Of a DNA stretch of 64,000 nucleotides, positions 1 through 9,332 are shown one piece after another. The position numbers and the translations under genes were made by a program. Under the pieces are notes generated by a model that was not told where the DNA came from, did no database searches, and was given only the letters and a program-made list of their open reading frames with translations. Source of the DNA: a virus (lineage: Duplodnaviria > Caudoviricetes); the IMG/VR virus record IMGVR_UViG_3300018495_000013, positions 62 through 64,061 of that record, one strand, 5' to 3'. How positions within the stretch are numbered: position 1 is the stretch's first letter; every line of letters begins with the position of its first letter.

Positions 1-62
1 CCCCACAAGAGTACCCTTGCGGCTTTTGAGATAGGCATCCCCCCGTACCCTTGCACGCGTGC
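1..62. repeat. Terminal direct repeat, left copy (or circular overlap)
   Basis: Bases 1-62 are identical to 63939-64000. Confidence 0.95.
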
Positions 63-556
63 GTTCCTTATATCGTTATCAATAAATTGTATAACAAAAT
101 TGCTATTTTGTAACACAAAAAACAATATTTTTTTGCAATTACTTTATACAAAAAATTGCATAAAATACGCAAAAAATGTATATTTTATGCATAAAATAGT
201 GTATTAAGAAACGCGTTTTGTCGTTTAATTCCACTAAACTTTAGTTTAAAAATACTAAACTTTTAGCCTATCGTAAAGGTAAAAAAATAGTAAAAAATCA
301 AGCAAGTATACCGCGCTGAAAGTATGTAAAATAATGTAAAAAAGTGTAAAGAATTGTAAACGAACAAACGACATAAAAATACATATATGGTACGAGCGAG
401 CGCACGAGATTTCGCCTTTGGTAAAAAAAAAGTAAACCAAAAAAAGTTAACAAAACAGCACTCTGCAAACAAGAAATTTTAAAGTTTTTATTATTTATGT
501 ATATAAATAATAACTTTGGCAAAAAATAAAATTATCAAAAAATTCCAAAAAAAGTA

Positions 557-585
557 TTGACAAAAAAATTGCGTTGCTATAGAAT
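557..585 (+). promoter_or_regulatory. Sigma70/SigA-type promoter
   Basis: TTGACA(557-562)-N17-TAGAAT(580-585). Confidence 0.8.
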
Positions 586-591
586 AATATT

Positions 592-914
592 GTCGAAAGC
601 AACAGCACGAAGGAACGCCTAAGGGTTATCAAGTTTTTAGAGTTTAGGATTTTTTCCTTCTGAGTGCAATAGCCGTACGATAAAAATATTATATGCTAAT
701 TCGCGTTAGAATAATCCTGTTACTGAACTCTAAGGCAGGTGCGCGTATATAAAAGCGAGTAGTGGTTGTTAGCAAAAGCGTATATATACCCGTGTGTGAG
801 TAGGTTGGCAAGTTGTTTAAACTAAACCTTGAATTTTATTCAAAATAGGCAATAACAGGGGTATGCGCTCATATATCGAATGTACCTTAAAACGCAAGAT
901 TTAAGGGCTTTTTT
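592..914 (+). ncRNA. Candidate structured ncRNA or long leader
   Basis: ORF-free stretch between a promoter and a terminator, with several long-range complementary segments. Confidence 0.45.
885..914 (+). terminator. Intrinsic terminator-like hairpin
   Basis: CCTTAAA-acgcaaga-TTTAAGG followed by a T-run; a second hairpin AACTCA/TGAGTT lies at 915-951. Confidence 0.55.
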
Positions 915-998
915 AACTCACTTTTAGCAAAAAAATGAGTTTTTAGTAGTCAAGCGGACTATAAACGCAAAATAAATACACCTATGGAGGCATTTTTT

Positions 999-1226
999 AT
1001 GAAAAAAGAAATCGACACTAATGTACTAAAGTACATACCCAAAAAACTCGTTGACCGCGTTGTTGCTTGCGATAGAATTGCAAACTCGAGCGGACGGCAA
1101 GGCTATACATACAACATAATCTTTGATTATGTTGAGGAAACAAGCATTTTTGCGGACGGAGTCGAAGGGTTAAAATGGGCATTAAAGCAAGTACAAAACG
1201 GCAGGCGCGGAGTTATATACGCATAA
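999..1226 (+). CDS. Hypothetical early protein
   Basis: GGAGG SD before ATG 999. Confidence 0.75.
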   Translation: MKKEIDTNVLKYIPKKLVDRVVACDRIANSSGRQGYTYNIIFDYVEETSIFADGVEGLKWALKQVQNGRRGVIYA

Positions 1227-1244
1227 TAAAGGGAGGCAAGAGCA

Positions 1245-1436
1245 ATGAAAAAAGTGATTTTTAAGAACGGCAAAAACTATGCAATTACAAGTAGTGTAAA
1301 CTACTTGTATGGTTGCAAAAATAGGGCGGAAGTGATTACCCTAAACGGCAATTTTGAAAGTGCGGAAGAAGTCATGCGCTACTTGATTACCTATGTAGGC
1401 GGTAGTAAATGCGATTTTATAATTATAAACAAGTAA
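1245..1436 (+). CDS. Hypothetical early protein
   Basis: SD-led ORF in operon. Confidence 0.7.
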   Translation: MKKVIFKNGKNYAITSSVNYLYGCKNRAEVITLNGNFESAEEVMRYLITYVGGSKCDFIIINK

Positions 1437-1449
1437 GGGAGGGCGAAAA

Positions 1450-1665
1450 ATGTATCACGCAATCATGAGAAAAGGCGGAAGTTTGGTAGTAAGCACTTTG
1501 GAGTTTTCTAGTGACACACTAGAAAATCTAAAGCAAGATATTGCAAGGCAAGAGCAAAGAGGCTATATATTACTTGTAATATATAGCGGAAAAAAACTTT
1601 GGTTAGAAGATTATAGCGAAAGTTATGTAGGCAACGAGCCTATATATAAAATAACTCTTATATAA
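1450..1665 (+). CDS. Hypothetical early protein
   Basis: SD-led ORF in operon. Confidence 0.7.
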   Translation: MYHAIMRKGGSLVVSTLEFSSDTLENLKQDIARQEQRGYILLVIYSGKKLWLEDYSESYVGNEPIYKITLI

Positions 1666-1682
1666 TAAAGGAGGCAAGCGGT

Positions 1683-2075
1683 ATGGCAAAATGGTTTCTC
1701 ATAAAGGTAGTAGACGGAAGTACGGAGTATATCGAACTAGACGAGGCGCAAAAACAAGAAATTGAGCGCAAAAACAACGAATATATGAACTCTAACGACC
1801 TAAACGATTGGAGCAAAACGGAGTTTATTTACAACCAAAATCTAGCGGTTGAAATTTTGAAAAAAAGCCGAGATTTTTATCTTGCAAAAGTGCAAAAATT
1901 GACCCATACGGCAGACCCTTTCAATCTCTTTCCTTGCGTGAATCAAAACGCAGTCGTATGGTATAGGAAAAAGGTGAACAAATGTTTGCTTTTACTTGCA
2001 AAAGTAAAAGGCATCGAGCCGTTAGACCTTTTAACCGCGGAAGAAATCGAGCAATGCAAGAACGAAGAAATATAG
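1683..2075 (+). CDS. Hypothetical early protein
   Basis: SD-led ORF in operon. Confidence 0.75.
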   Translation: MAKWFLIKVVDGSTEYIELDEAQKQEIERKNNEYMNSNDLNDWSKTEFIYNQNLAVEILKKSRDFYLAKVQKLTHTADPFNLFPCVNQNAVVWYRKKVNKCLLLLAKVKGIEPLDLLTAEEIEQCKNEEI

Positions 2076-2146
2076 GCAAGACGGCAAAAATTAACACTAT
2101 GTAAATAGTGTTACGGAAGTCCTTAAAAATTTGTCAAGATTTTTTT

Positions 2147-2175
2147 AAGGACTTTCCAAAGCCGTTGCGTAAGAT
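2147..2175 (+). promoter_or_regulatory. Phage activator-type promoter, copy 1
   Basis: AAGGACTTT-N11-GCG-TAAGAT; the box is also one arm of the inverted repeat 2117-2128/2143-2154. Confidence 0.55.
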
Positions 2176-2257
2176 TAACGGCAAGACCCAAACGAAGTCC
2201 ACGACTTTCACAAGTCAAGGCATATTAAAAAACTATAAAACACAAAGGAGCAGACTT

Positions 2258-3166
2258 ATGGCAAATGTAAATGTTTACGAACTTGTTACTAACAGAATTA
2301 TCGAGCAACTTAATCAAGGTATTATACCTTGGCAAAAGCCTTGGAAATGTAGCGTTTCCATAAACGGCAAAATCAATCTTGGCGGAGTAGCATTTAACCG
2401 CGTTTCTAAGCAAGTGTATTCACCCTTGAATCAAATGCTCTTATCAAGAGTAGGCGAGTACGCGAGTTTCAAGCAATGGAAAGACCTTGGTGGAAGTATC
2501 AAGAAGGGAGCGAAAGCGGAAGTCGTTGTTTTTTGGAAGTGGCTGGAAGTACCAAAGGCAGAAAATGAACTAGCGGAGGACGAAGAACTAGGCGCATTGA
2601 AAAAAATACCCTATTTGCGTTATAATCAAGTCTTTCATATAGACGATATTGACGGAGTAAAGCCCCTTGACTTAAAGAAAATTCAAGGCGAAAAACCTAG
2701 CGAGTTTGAAAGTCAAGAAAACGCGGAGAATATTATCAAAGACTATTCTATACGCGAAAAAATAGCAATACGCTATGGCGGTGATAGAGCGTATTATTCC
2801 CCTAATGCAGATATGATTCAACTACCTTTCCGCGAGCAGTTTGGCAAGAATCAAGCAGAATTCTACTCCACCGCTTTCCACGAAATCGTGCATAGTACGG
2901 GCGCAAAACATAGACTTGACCGCTTGAACGGAACTGCATTTTTCGGTAACGAAGAATACTCCAAAGAAGAACTTGTGGCAGAGATAGGAGCAAGCGGTAT
3001 GTTAAATCTACTAGGCATAGAAACTCCAAAGAGTTTTAAGAACTCCGTTGCCTATATTCAAAGTTGGATAAAGGCACTCCAAAACGATATCCGTATGATA
3101 GTTTATGCAAGTGCAAGGGCGGAAAAAGCGATAGCCTATATTTTAGGCGAAAAGCAAGGGGAATAA
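2258..3166 (+). CDS. ardC: ArdC-like antirestriction/ssDNA-binding protein with zincin-like C-terminal domain
   Basis: N-terminal YELVTNRIIEQL..GIIPWQKPW, Y...NQMLL, FKQWKDLGG; C-terminal HEIVH and YSKEELVAE motifs; SD AAGGAG before ATG 2258. Confidence 0.88.
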   Translation: MANVNVYELVTNRIIEQLNQGIIPWQKPWKCSVSINGKINLGGVAFNRVSKQVYSPLNQMLLSRVGEYASFKQWKDLGGSIKKGAKAEVVVFWKWLEVPKAENELAEDEELGALKKIPYLRYNQVFHIDDIDGVKPLDLKKIQGEKPSEFESQENAENIIKDYSIREKIAIRYGGDRAYYSPNADMIQLPFREQFGKNQAEFYSTAFHEIVHSTGAKHRLDRLNGTAFFGNEEYSKEELVAEIGASGMLNLLGIETPKSFKNSVAYIQSWIKALQNDIRMIVYASARAEKAIAYILGEKQGE

Positions 3167-3209
3167 AATTCCCCTTGAAAAAGAAAATAAAAAAAGTCAA
3201 GAAAATTTT

Positions 3210-3238
3210 AAGGAGTTTTTGTGGGCGAGCCGTACTAT
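3210..3238 (+). promoter_or_regulatory. Phage activator-type promoter, copy 2
   Basis: AAGGAGTTT-N11-CCG-TACTAT. Confidence 0.55.
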
Positions 3239-3283
3239 TAAGTGTTGGCAAACCCACAAAGCCAAAATCAAGGAGGCAAGGCA

Positions 3284-3454
3284 ATGAAAAAGATAGCAAT
3301 AACTGTAAAAGAGGCTTATCGTATTGCAAAAGAACTTGGAATTAGCATTACGCAAGATAATAATAGAACTTATTTTGCGACAAACGAAAAACGCACAGAA
3401 CTTTGGGAGTTTGATACAAAAAAAGAGCGAGATGATTTTATTATAAAAAGATAA
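3284..3454 (+). CDS. Hypothetical early protein
   Basis: AGGAGG SD before ATG 3284. Confidence 0.7.
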   Translation: MKKIAITVKEAYRIAKELGISITQDNNRTYFATNEKRTELWEFDTKKERDDFIIKR

Positions 3455-3456
3455 AT

Positions 3457-3510
3457 GCAGAGGACAGCCGAAAGGCTGTAATGCTACGGCTCACACTGTT
3501 CCAAGTACAG
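3457..3510 (+). ncRNA. Candidate circularly permuted twister ribozyme
   Basis: GCA-GA-GGA-CAGCC-GAAA-GGCTG-T^AA-TGC-T-AC...CTGT-TCC-AA-GT-ACAG; P1, P2, P4 and both pseudoknot pairings can be formed. Confidence 0.55.
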
Positions 3511-3530
3511 ATAGGGCAAAGGAGTTACAA

Positions 3531-3686
3531 ATGAAAAAGTATATTCTTATAAACGAAGAAACAGGCAAACGATACGAAAGGGCAACCATAAAAAGAGCAG
3601 AAAGGTTGCAGAACGACAAAGCACTGGAGGGCATAGACTTGTGTATCTATGTACTAGAAGAAAATGGCAATATGTACTTATACTAG
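3531..3686 (+). CDS. Small hypothetical protein (51 aa, not in the ORF track)
   Basis: AAGGAG SD; MKKYILINEETGKRYE... Confidence 0.65.
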   Translation: MKKYILINEETGKRYERATIKRAERLQNDKALEGIDLCIYVLEENGNMYLY

Positions 3687-3697
3687 GAGGCAGAGAA

Positions 3698-3991
3698 ATG
3701 GCAAACTTTTTCAAAGAATATCAAGCAGGAGTTAGAGCAAAGCGCGAACAAGAATCACGCGAAAAGAGAGAGCAAGAACAAAAGCGCAACGAGATTCAGA
3801 ACTATATTGACAGCCTAAAAGTTGGGCAGAAAGTAAAGTATAGTTTTCTAGTTGATAGCAAAGGAAATAAAGTGGTATATGTTGGCTATTTTATCAGCGA
3901 TGGCAGTACGCATATTTGGATTAGTAAGACCAAAGACGGAGCGAAGAAAAGACAAGGCAATACCATAAGTAAAGAAAGTATTATTTTTTAG
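3698..3991 (+). CDS. Hypothetical early protein
   Basis: AGGAGG SD before ATG 3698. Confidence 0.7.
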   Translation: MANFFKEYQAGVRAKREQESREKREQEQKRNEIQNYIDSLKVGQKVKYSFLVDSKGNKVVYVGYFISDGSTHIWISKTKDGAKKRQGNTISKESIIF

Positions 3992-4000
3992 GAGTGGAAT

Positions 4001-4195
4001 ATGGCAAAGACGGCAATGAGAAAAATTACCAAAATAAAGTTTGATATACCGAGCATATTAACAAGTTTAAAAGAGCAGATTACACGCGGAGAAATAACGA
4101 TAGAGCAAGCAACGGAAGAACTATATCACGCTGGTTGGTTGACCTATTCAAACAATATAGATAGAGCGAAAGAACTATTAGAGATTAAAGACTAG
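4001..4195 (+). CDS. Hypothetical early protein
   Basis: SD-led ORF. Confidence 0.7.
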   Translation: MAKTAMRKITKIKFDIPSILTSLKEQITRGEITIEQATEELYHAGWLTYSNNIDRAKELLEIKD

Positions 4196-4204
4196 GAGGC
4201 AAGT

Positions 4205-4387
4205 ATGAAAGAATTACTAGAACTTTTGGAAAAAATTGAGTATTGGTGTTGCAAGCCTTACAATGATACATTGGATGCTTTGGAACTATTTAGACTATGT
4301 TATCAAGATAAAAAATTGTTTGCAGACTTATGCGATAAAGTAATGAAAGCGAAAGACGATATAGAGCATATTAAAAAATTCTTTTAA
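4205..4387 (+). CDS. Hypothetical early protein
   Basis: SD-led ORF. Confidence 0.7.
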   Translation: MKELLELLEKIEYWCCKPYNDTLDALELFRLCYQDKKLFADLCDKVMKAKDDIEHIKKFF

Positions 4388-4405
4388 GGAGTAAAGCAAA
4401 CGGAA

Positions 4406-4984
4406 ATGGAAAAGAAAGAACTATTGAAAAAGTACCTAGAACTTGTAGAAAAAGAAATCTACCCTAACGACAAAAAAATGATTGAGTATCTAGGCAAGAA
4501 CATAGCAAGAGTAGTGCTATTGAGCGATGGCAATATGGTAGCAATTAGCAAGCCCAGTATTAAGACTGAATTCTGCTTTGGGTATAGCGATTTGGGGCAA
4601 GGAAGAACGCAGGAGCAAGCCGAGGCAATGGAAGAATACGCAAGCAGAGAGGCAAGTTATTTTATTGAAGAAAATATCAAAAAATTTGCTTGGTGGTATA
4701 ATACTTTGCTAGATTATCCGCAAGAAATCTATTTGAGAAATAAGTATTGGAAATCCCCTAGCGACAGCAAGTTGAAAGAAATCGAAAAATACGATTGGTG
4801 GCATTACGCAAACGCTAGCGAAAGTACCAAAGCGGAGTTGCAAAAAGTATCAAAAGAAGATTTACAAGAACTTATAAACGCATACGCGGAAGAAATTAAA
4901 ATCTTTGAAAAACGCTTGCGTGCATACTTAAAGAGATACGGCACTAGCAAACTAAAGACTTGGACTTATTGGCAAGACCAATAA
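4406..4984 (+). CDS. Hypothetical protein
   Basis: 192 aa SD-led ORF. Confidence 0.8.
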   Translation: MEKKELLKKYLELVEKEIYPNDKKMIEYLGKNIARVVLLSDGNMVAISKPSIKTEFCFGYSDLGQGRTQEQAEAMEEYASREASYFIEENIKKFAWWYNTLLDYPQEIYLRNKYWKSPSDSKLKEIEKYDWWHYANASESTKAELQKVSKEDLQELINAYAEEIKIFEKRLRAYLKRYGTSKLKTWTYWQDQ

Positions 4985-5016
4985 AACAAGTCGAAAAAAA
5001 TATTTTAAGAAATTTT

Positions 5017-5045
5017 AAGGAGTTTGGCAAACCCTTGCGTACTAT
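5017..5045 (+). promoter_or_regulatory. Phage activator-type promoter, copy 3
   Basis: AAGGAGTTT-N11-GCG-TACTAT. Confidence 0.55.
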
Positions 5046-5095
5046 TAAGCAAAAGGCGTTTGCCAAACAAACCGAAAGACAAAGGAGAAACGGCA

Positions 5096-5332
5096 ATGAC
5101 AACACAACAAGCAAAGGACTTTAATAAGTGGCTAGGCGGAGAACTTGATGCTTATATGGACGATAACAATATAACAAAGTTGACGGATGTACCACTTGAA
5201 AGGGCAGTAGAAGAAGCGAAGCATAGTAAAAAGTCAGCAGAACGCTGGCTAGACGAAATCGATGATGCGGACGAAAAGAAACGACTTAACGGCGCAATTA
5301 AATTTTTAAAAAAATATAATAAAAATAAATAA
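5096..5332 (+). CDS. Hypothetical early protein
   Basis: AAGGAG SD before ATG 5096. Confidence 0.7.
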   Translation: MTTQQAKDFNKWLGGELDAYMDDNNITKLTDVPLERAVEEAKHSKKSAERWLDEIDDADEKKRLNGAIKFLKKYNKNK

Positions 5333-5371
5333 ACGCAGATTGGGAAAAACAAAAAATGTTTAAGAAATTTT

Positions 5372-5400
5372 AAGGAGTTTAAAAAACGACTGCGTATTAC
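5372..5400 (+). promoter_or_regulatory. Phage activator-type promoter, copy 4
   Basis: AAGGAGTTT-N11-GCG-TATTAC. Confidence 0.5.
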
Positions 5401-5433
5401 AAAAATAGAGTTGACACAAAGGAGCAAAAAGCA

Positions 5434-5682
5434 ATGGTTTATAGCGATATTTTAAAAAGCAATTTACACAATATTTTACCAGCACCCAAAGGCAAGAACG
5501 GAAGTTACAAGCGTACCGAAAAACTAAAAAGCAAAGTAGAAAAGGCAATTTTGGAAAACAAAGAATTCTGCCAAATGGCGATGCAAAAAAGCGGAGTGGA
5601 ATATATAAACGAGATTCTTCCAAAATTAGTAAACTTTGTAATAAACTGCAACGAGTGTTATTACTATTATCAAGATAAATAA
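5434..5682 (+). CDS. Hypothetical early protein
   Basis: SD-led ORF. Confidence 0.7.
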   Translation: MVYSDILKSNLHNILPAPKGKNGSYKRTEKLKSKVEKAILENKEFCQMAMQKSGVEYINEILPKLVNFVINCNECYYYYQDK

Positions 5683-5697
5683 AGGAGCACAAAAGAA

Positions 5698-6105
5698 ATG
5701 AGCAAGAAAATTTTGGCAGAAGTAATTGAGTATTTAAACAACGAAGCAAGCAGATTAGCCCCTGAAGTTAAAGCAGAAGAACTTTGCGACAACGGAGCAA
5801 TTTACTATATGAACGGTAACGATGGTACTGATTTTGATTGGGCTTGTAACGATAGGCTATGTGAATTCTACAAGTTTTATAAAAGCACCGAGTATGGTTT
5901 TATAAAAGTATTTGTAGAGAAAAGCGGATATATGCGAGGCTATTTATACAAAGACGAAGGTAAGGGCAATGCCATATTCCTAGAAGAAAAATATTTAGGC
6001 AAAGAAAAGGCAAAGCAATTAAGATACTTTATACAAAAGAGAACAGACGATATTAACAGATGGGATGAGCCTATTTGCGACAGCAATTATAATATTATAA
6101 TATAA
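5698..6105 (+). CDS. Hypothetical early protein
   Basis: SD-led ORF. Confidence 0.75.
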   Translation: MSKKILAEVIEYLNNEASRLAPEVKAEELCDNGAIYYMNGNDGTDFDWACNDRLCEFYKFYKSTEYGFIKVFVEKSGYMRGYLYKDEGKGNAIFLEEKYLGKEKAKQLRYFIQKRTDDINRWDEPICDSNYNIII

Positions 6106-6120
6106 AGGGGGGGGGAGAAA

Positions 6121-6492
6121 ATGGCATACGAAAGCAAAATTTATGTTGTGAAAAGGAAGGCAAATGCAACTGGCATATATGGGGAAATAATAGCAATGTA
6201 TGATTGTTGTGCTATGGGTGGCACAAGGGGTTGGACTGAAATGTTTACCGAAAATGTAAAATATGATGTTTTTATTGACTCCAACGACATCCCTACCAAA
6301 GAAGATATGTATGGTGACGAACTAAAAGAAACCAGTATCGAAAAAGTAATAGAGTGGCTAGAAATGGAAATCAAGTACCTAGAAAGCAAAAACGATTATT
6401 ACCGCAGATTACCGCCCTTGCTGGCAATGTTAAAAGGTTTTAATTTGACCGATTGGCAGAACGGCTTATATATTATACACTACGGCTATTAG
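6121..6492 (+). CDS. Hypothetical early protein
   Basis: Preceded by a G9 tract in the SD position (6107-6115). Confidence 0.75.
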   Translation: MAYESKIYVVKRKANATGIYGEIIAMYDCCAMGGTRGWTEMFTENVKYDVFIDSNDIPTKEDMYGDELKETSIEKVIEWLEMEIKYLESKNDYYRRLPPLLAMLKGFNLTDWQNGLYIIHYGY

Positions 6493-6500
6493 GAGGCATT

Positions 6501-6758
6501 ATGGAGCAAAGAGATAGAATATTCAAGTTGCTACAAAAGTTAAACCGCAAACCGCTAAAAGAAGATTTACATAGTTTTAGAGCAAAGATTAAAAATGGAA
6601 TCGTTTTTGTAGAGTGCAGAGGCTATGAGATTTATATTGAAAGTTTTGAGTACGATAAAAACGGAAAGGAAACGCGCAAGACTTGGGCAGGAGTACCGAT
6701 AGCAAGTGCAAACCGATTATACGAACTTGGACTAGATTTGGAAAGCATTGAAATATAA
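6501..6758 (+). CDS. Hypothetical early protein
   Basis: AGGAGG SD before ATG 6501. Confidence 0.7.
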   Translation: MEQRDRIFKLLQKLNRKPLKEDLHSFRAKIKNGIVFVECRGYEIYIESFEYDKNGKETRKTWAGVPIASANRLYELGLDLESIEI

Positions 6759-6781
6759 TAAAACAAATGAGTAATTAAAAT

Positions 6782-7051
6782 ATGACAGACAGAGAAATTT
6801 TTATAGACTTTATAACGCAAGATTTAAAATATTTAACTTGGCGAGAATGCGATGGACTTGCAAAAGATAAACTTATAAGCAAGGACTTTAAGAGAAACGG
6901 AAAAAGTTATGTAATTATGGGAAGGTTTTACCAAAATAATTACATTAACGCGGTACTTTTAGAAAATGGCAAACTAGCAATATCGGGCGGTGGATTTTCA
7001 CTAAAACATTTTTTATCAATGGCAAAAGGAATACTGGAGGCGAAAGAATAA
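6782..7051 (+). CDS. Hypothetical early protein
   Basis: In operon, TAATG-coupled to the next ORF. Confidence 0.65.
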   Translation: MTDREIFIDFITQDLKYLTWRECDGLAKDKLISKDFKRNGKSYVIMGRFYQNNYINAVLLENGKLAISGGGFSLKHFLSMAKGILEAKE

Positions 7052-7392
7052 TGAAAGCATTACCAATTTATGTATATAAAGATAGTTTAGGCGACTGCAC
7101 AAACAATGGAATATCAAGTAAATATAATCAGTTATTACTTGTGTGCGATGAAGGATTTATAGATATTGACGAGAATAACCCACCTGCAAACCTTGTTAAA
7201 ATAGTAACAAGACACTTGTTTGGGAAAGAGTACAAACATATTGAACCAGTTGCAAGACCGAGTGGTATCGGGTGGATGTCTGGTGGTAATATTGGGTATG
7301 CTATTGATAGCAGATTTAGAGAGTTATCACAATATCCGTTGAGTATCCACGATAGACAAGAAACAGAAGAAGAATATAATTCATACGACTAG
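7051..7392 (+). CDS. Hypothetical phage protein
   Basis: GDCTNNGISS-containing ORF. Confidence 0.75.
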   Translation: MKALPIYVYKDSLGDCTNNGISSKYNQLLLVCDEGFIDIDENNPPANLVKIVTRHLFGKEYKHIEPVARPSGIGWMSGGNIGYAIDSRFRELSQYPLSIHDRQETEEEYNSYD

Positions 7393-7405
7393 GGAGAAAA
7401 TAACA

Positions 7406-7633
7406 ATGCAAGAATTATTAAAAGAAATTAAAAAACAACCAGATGTTAAAGAATATATATCTTGGCAAGGCAAAAAATGTTATATGACTTATGGAGATTT
7501 AGATTGGTACTTTTTGAAGTGCAGTCAATATGATTTAGAGCCAAAAATGGAAGGTGATTTTTCGTACACAGCAAAAGGCAACGGCTTTGAGTTTGAATAT
7601 TGTGAACACGATGTAATATTAAGCATAGATTAA
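7406..7633 (+). CDS. Hypothetical protein
   Basis: SD-led ORF. Confidence 0.7.
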   Translation: MQELLKEIKKQPDVKEYISWQGKKCYMTYGDLDWYFLKCSQYDLEPKMEGDFSYTAKGNGFEFEYCEHDVILSID

Positions 7634-7807
7634 GGAGAAACAAAAGTGAAAGTTTGTGAAAGATGTTTTATGGCAATATGCAGTAGGGAAGGCGACCTTG
7701 AACATAGAGTACTTTATGTAGACGAAGAAAACGAACAAGAAAGCACTTGCGAGTGGTGTGAATGTAGTGGATACCATAAACTATATGAGATTTAAGGAGC
7801 AAATAAA

Positions 7808-8011
7808 ATGAGAGTAAAACATTTAGATTTAGATACACGATATGAACACCTAATTGTTTATAGGGATAAAAGAGATGATAGTATAAATACTATGACTTTA
7901 GGCTCATCCTTTGGATTGAATTATAGACAAATGATAAAAGATAACGATATAGAAATTCTTGGGGTATACAAGCAGTTGACGGATAATCAATTAAAAGAAA
8001 TTACACAATAA
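7808..8011 (+). CDS. Hypothetical protein
   Basis: SD-led ORF. Confidence 0.65.
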   Translation: MRVKHLDLDTRYEHLIVYRDKRDDSINTMTLGSSFGLNYRQMIKDNDIEILGVYKQLTDNQLKEITQ

Positions 8012-8376
8012 AATATAATTTTAAGTGTCGGATTTAAAATATGAAAAAATATATAGAATATTATTATGGTAACACAAACGAACAAGACCACATGGAAACG
8101 GACAATTTTATAAAAGAGCATAAAAATCAAAAAAACTTTTAACGGAGTAAAATAAAATGACAAGAGCAGAAAGAGAAGCAAAGGCACAAGCATTAAATCA
8201 ATACAAAGTATATGAAAGATATTATAGACCGAGTGAAAAAAGGTATGGTTGCAATTTGTATTTTTGCAAGGGATTTGACACGGAAGAAGAGGCATTAAGT
8301 TTTGTGCAGACTAATCCGCAAAAATATGTTTTGTAAAAAGAATATAAAAGTGTGGTTTTAAACGGAGGATTTAGTT

Positions 8377-8679
8377 ATGGATTGCAAAGTAACTTGTTTT
8401 GATAGAGTAATGAACTTGGTAAAAGAACTACCAAAAAATAAACACAGAGAAGCAGTTAAGATTATTCAGGAATATAGTTTTCAGGAATTTTTAGATTTTT
8501 GTGTTGAGAACGGATGTTTTACAGAAATGCAGTCTTATACATTATATGACGGAATTGTAATGTGGGAAGATTTAGACGGAAATTATTGGGAAGAAGATTA
8601 TGATAAATTGCACGAACTGTATGACAAGGTTGGTATTACAGAAGATATTTTAAGTAACCACAGAAAACTACTATTTTAA
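8377..8679 (+). CDS. Hypothetical acidic protein
   Basis: GGAGG SD-led ORF. Confidence 0.7.
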   Translation: MDCKVTCFDRVMNLVKELPKNKHREAVKIIQEYSFQEFLDFCVENGCFTEMQSYTLYDGIVMWEDLDGNYWEEDYDKLHELYDKVGITEDILSNHRKLLF

Positions 8680-9070
8680 GGAGGTTAAAATGAGTTTAGG
8701 CGAGTATATGGAAGAATACGATTTAGATTATGAAGATGTAATTCTTAAAAAAGAGAACGGAGAAATAATCGCTTCTTATGGTTGTTTAATTCAATATTGT
8801 GATGTGTTAGAAGTAAACGGAAAAGAGATAACTATAAGATAAAAATATCATTTTAAGTGGAGGATTTGATAATGAAAATTATTGAAAATTGGCAAGATAA
8901 AAATTTGAAATGTCATTTTTGCGGTGAAACAAGAAGTGTAAAATATGAGGTTTTAACTCTTGTAAAAAATGAGGGATTGAAAACTGTTTGTGCTTGTAAT
9001 TTGTGTGTGTTGAAAAACAGAAGAAGAATATCATAAGCACATAAAACTACTATTTTAATGGAGGTTAAAT

Positions 9071-9298
9071 ATGTTGAAAAGAGATATAGCAGACAGATTA
9101 TACAGTTTAGTATATGGGCGTTTTAAGGAAGAACAACCAAATAGAAAATTGACAAAAAATGAACTAGATGGAATTTGGTATGATATTTATGGGAGGTTAT
9201 GTAGAGGTGCATCTGAAACCGAAGTTAAAGAATGGTGCAAGACAGTACCATTGGCAAAAGAAAAACCAATTCATAAGCCTATTAGAAACAAGTATTAG
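9071..9298 (+). CDS. Hypothetical protein
   Basis: GGAGG SD-led ORF. Confidence 0.7.
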   Translation: MLKRDIADRLYSLVYGRFKEEQPNRKLTKNELDGIWYDIYGRLCRGASETEVKEWCKTVPLAKEKPIHKPIRNKY

Positions 9299-9332
9299 TT
9301 AGAAACAAAAGAGTGATTTAAGGAGTTAAAAA

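Noticed and set aside
255-522. Minus-strand ORFs 255-440, 263-472 and 298-522
   Set aside because: Low-complexity F/L-rich translations of A-tract DNA with no SD
2147-5400. Assigning the repeated promoter motif to SigB, SigH or SigD
   Set aside because: Partial resemblance only; spacing and -10 boxes fit a sigma70 -10 plus activator box at least as well, so it is left unassigned
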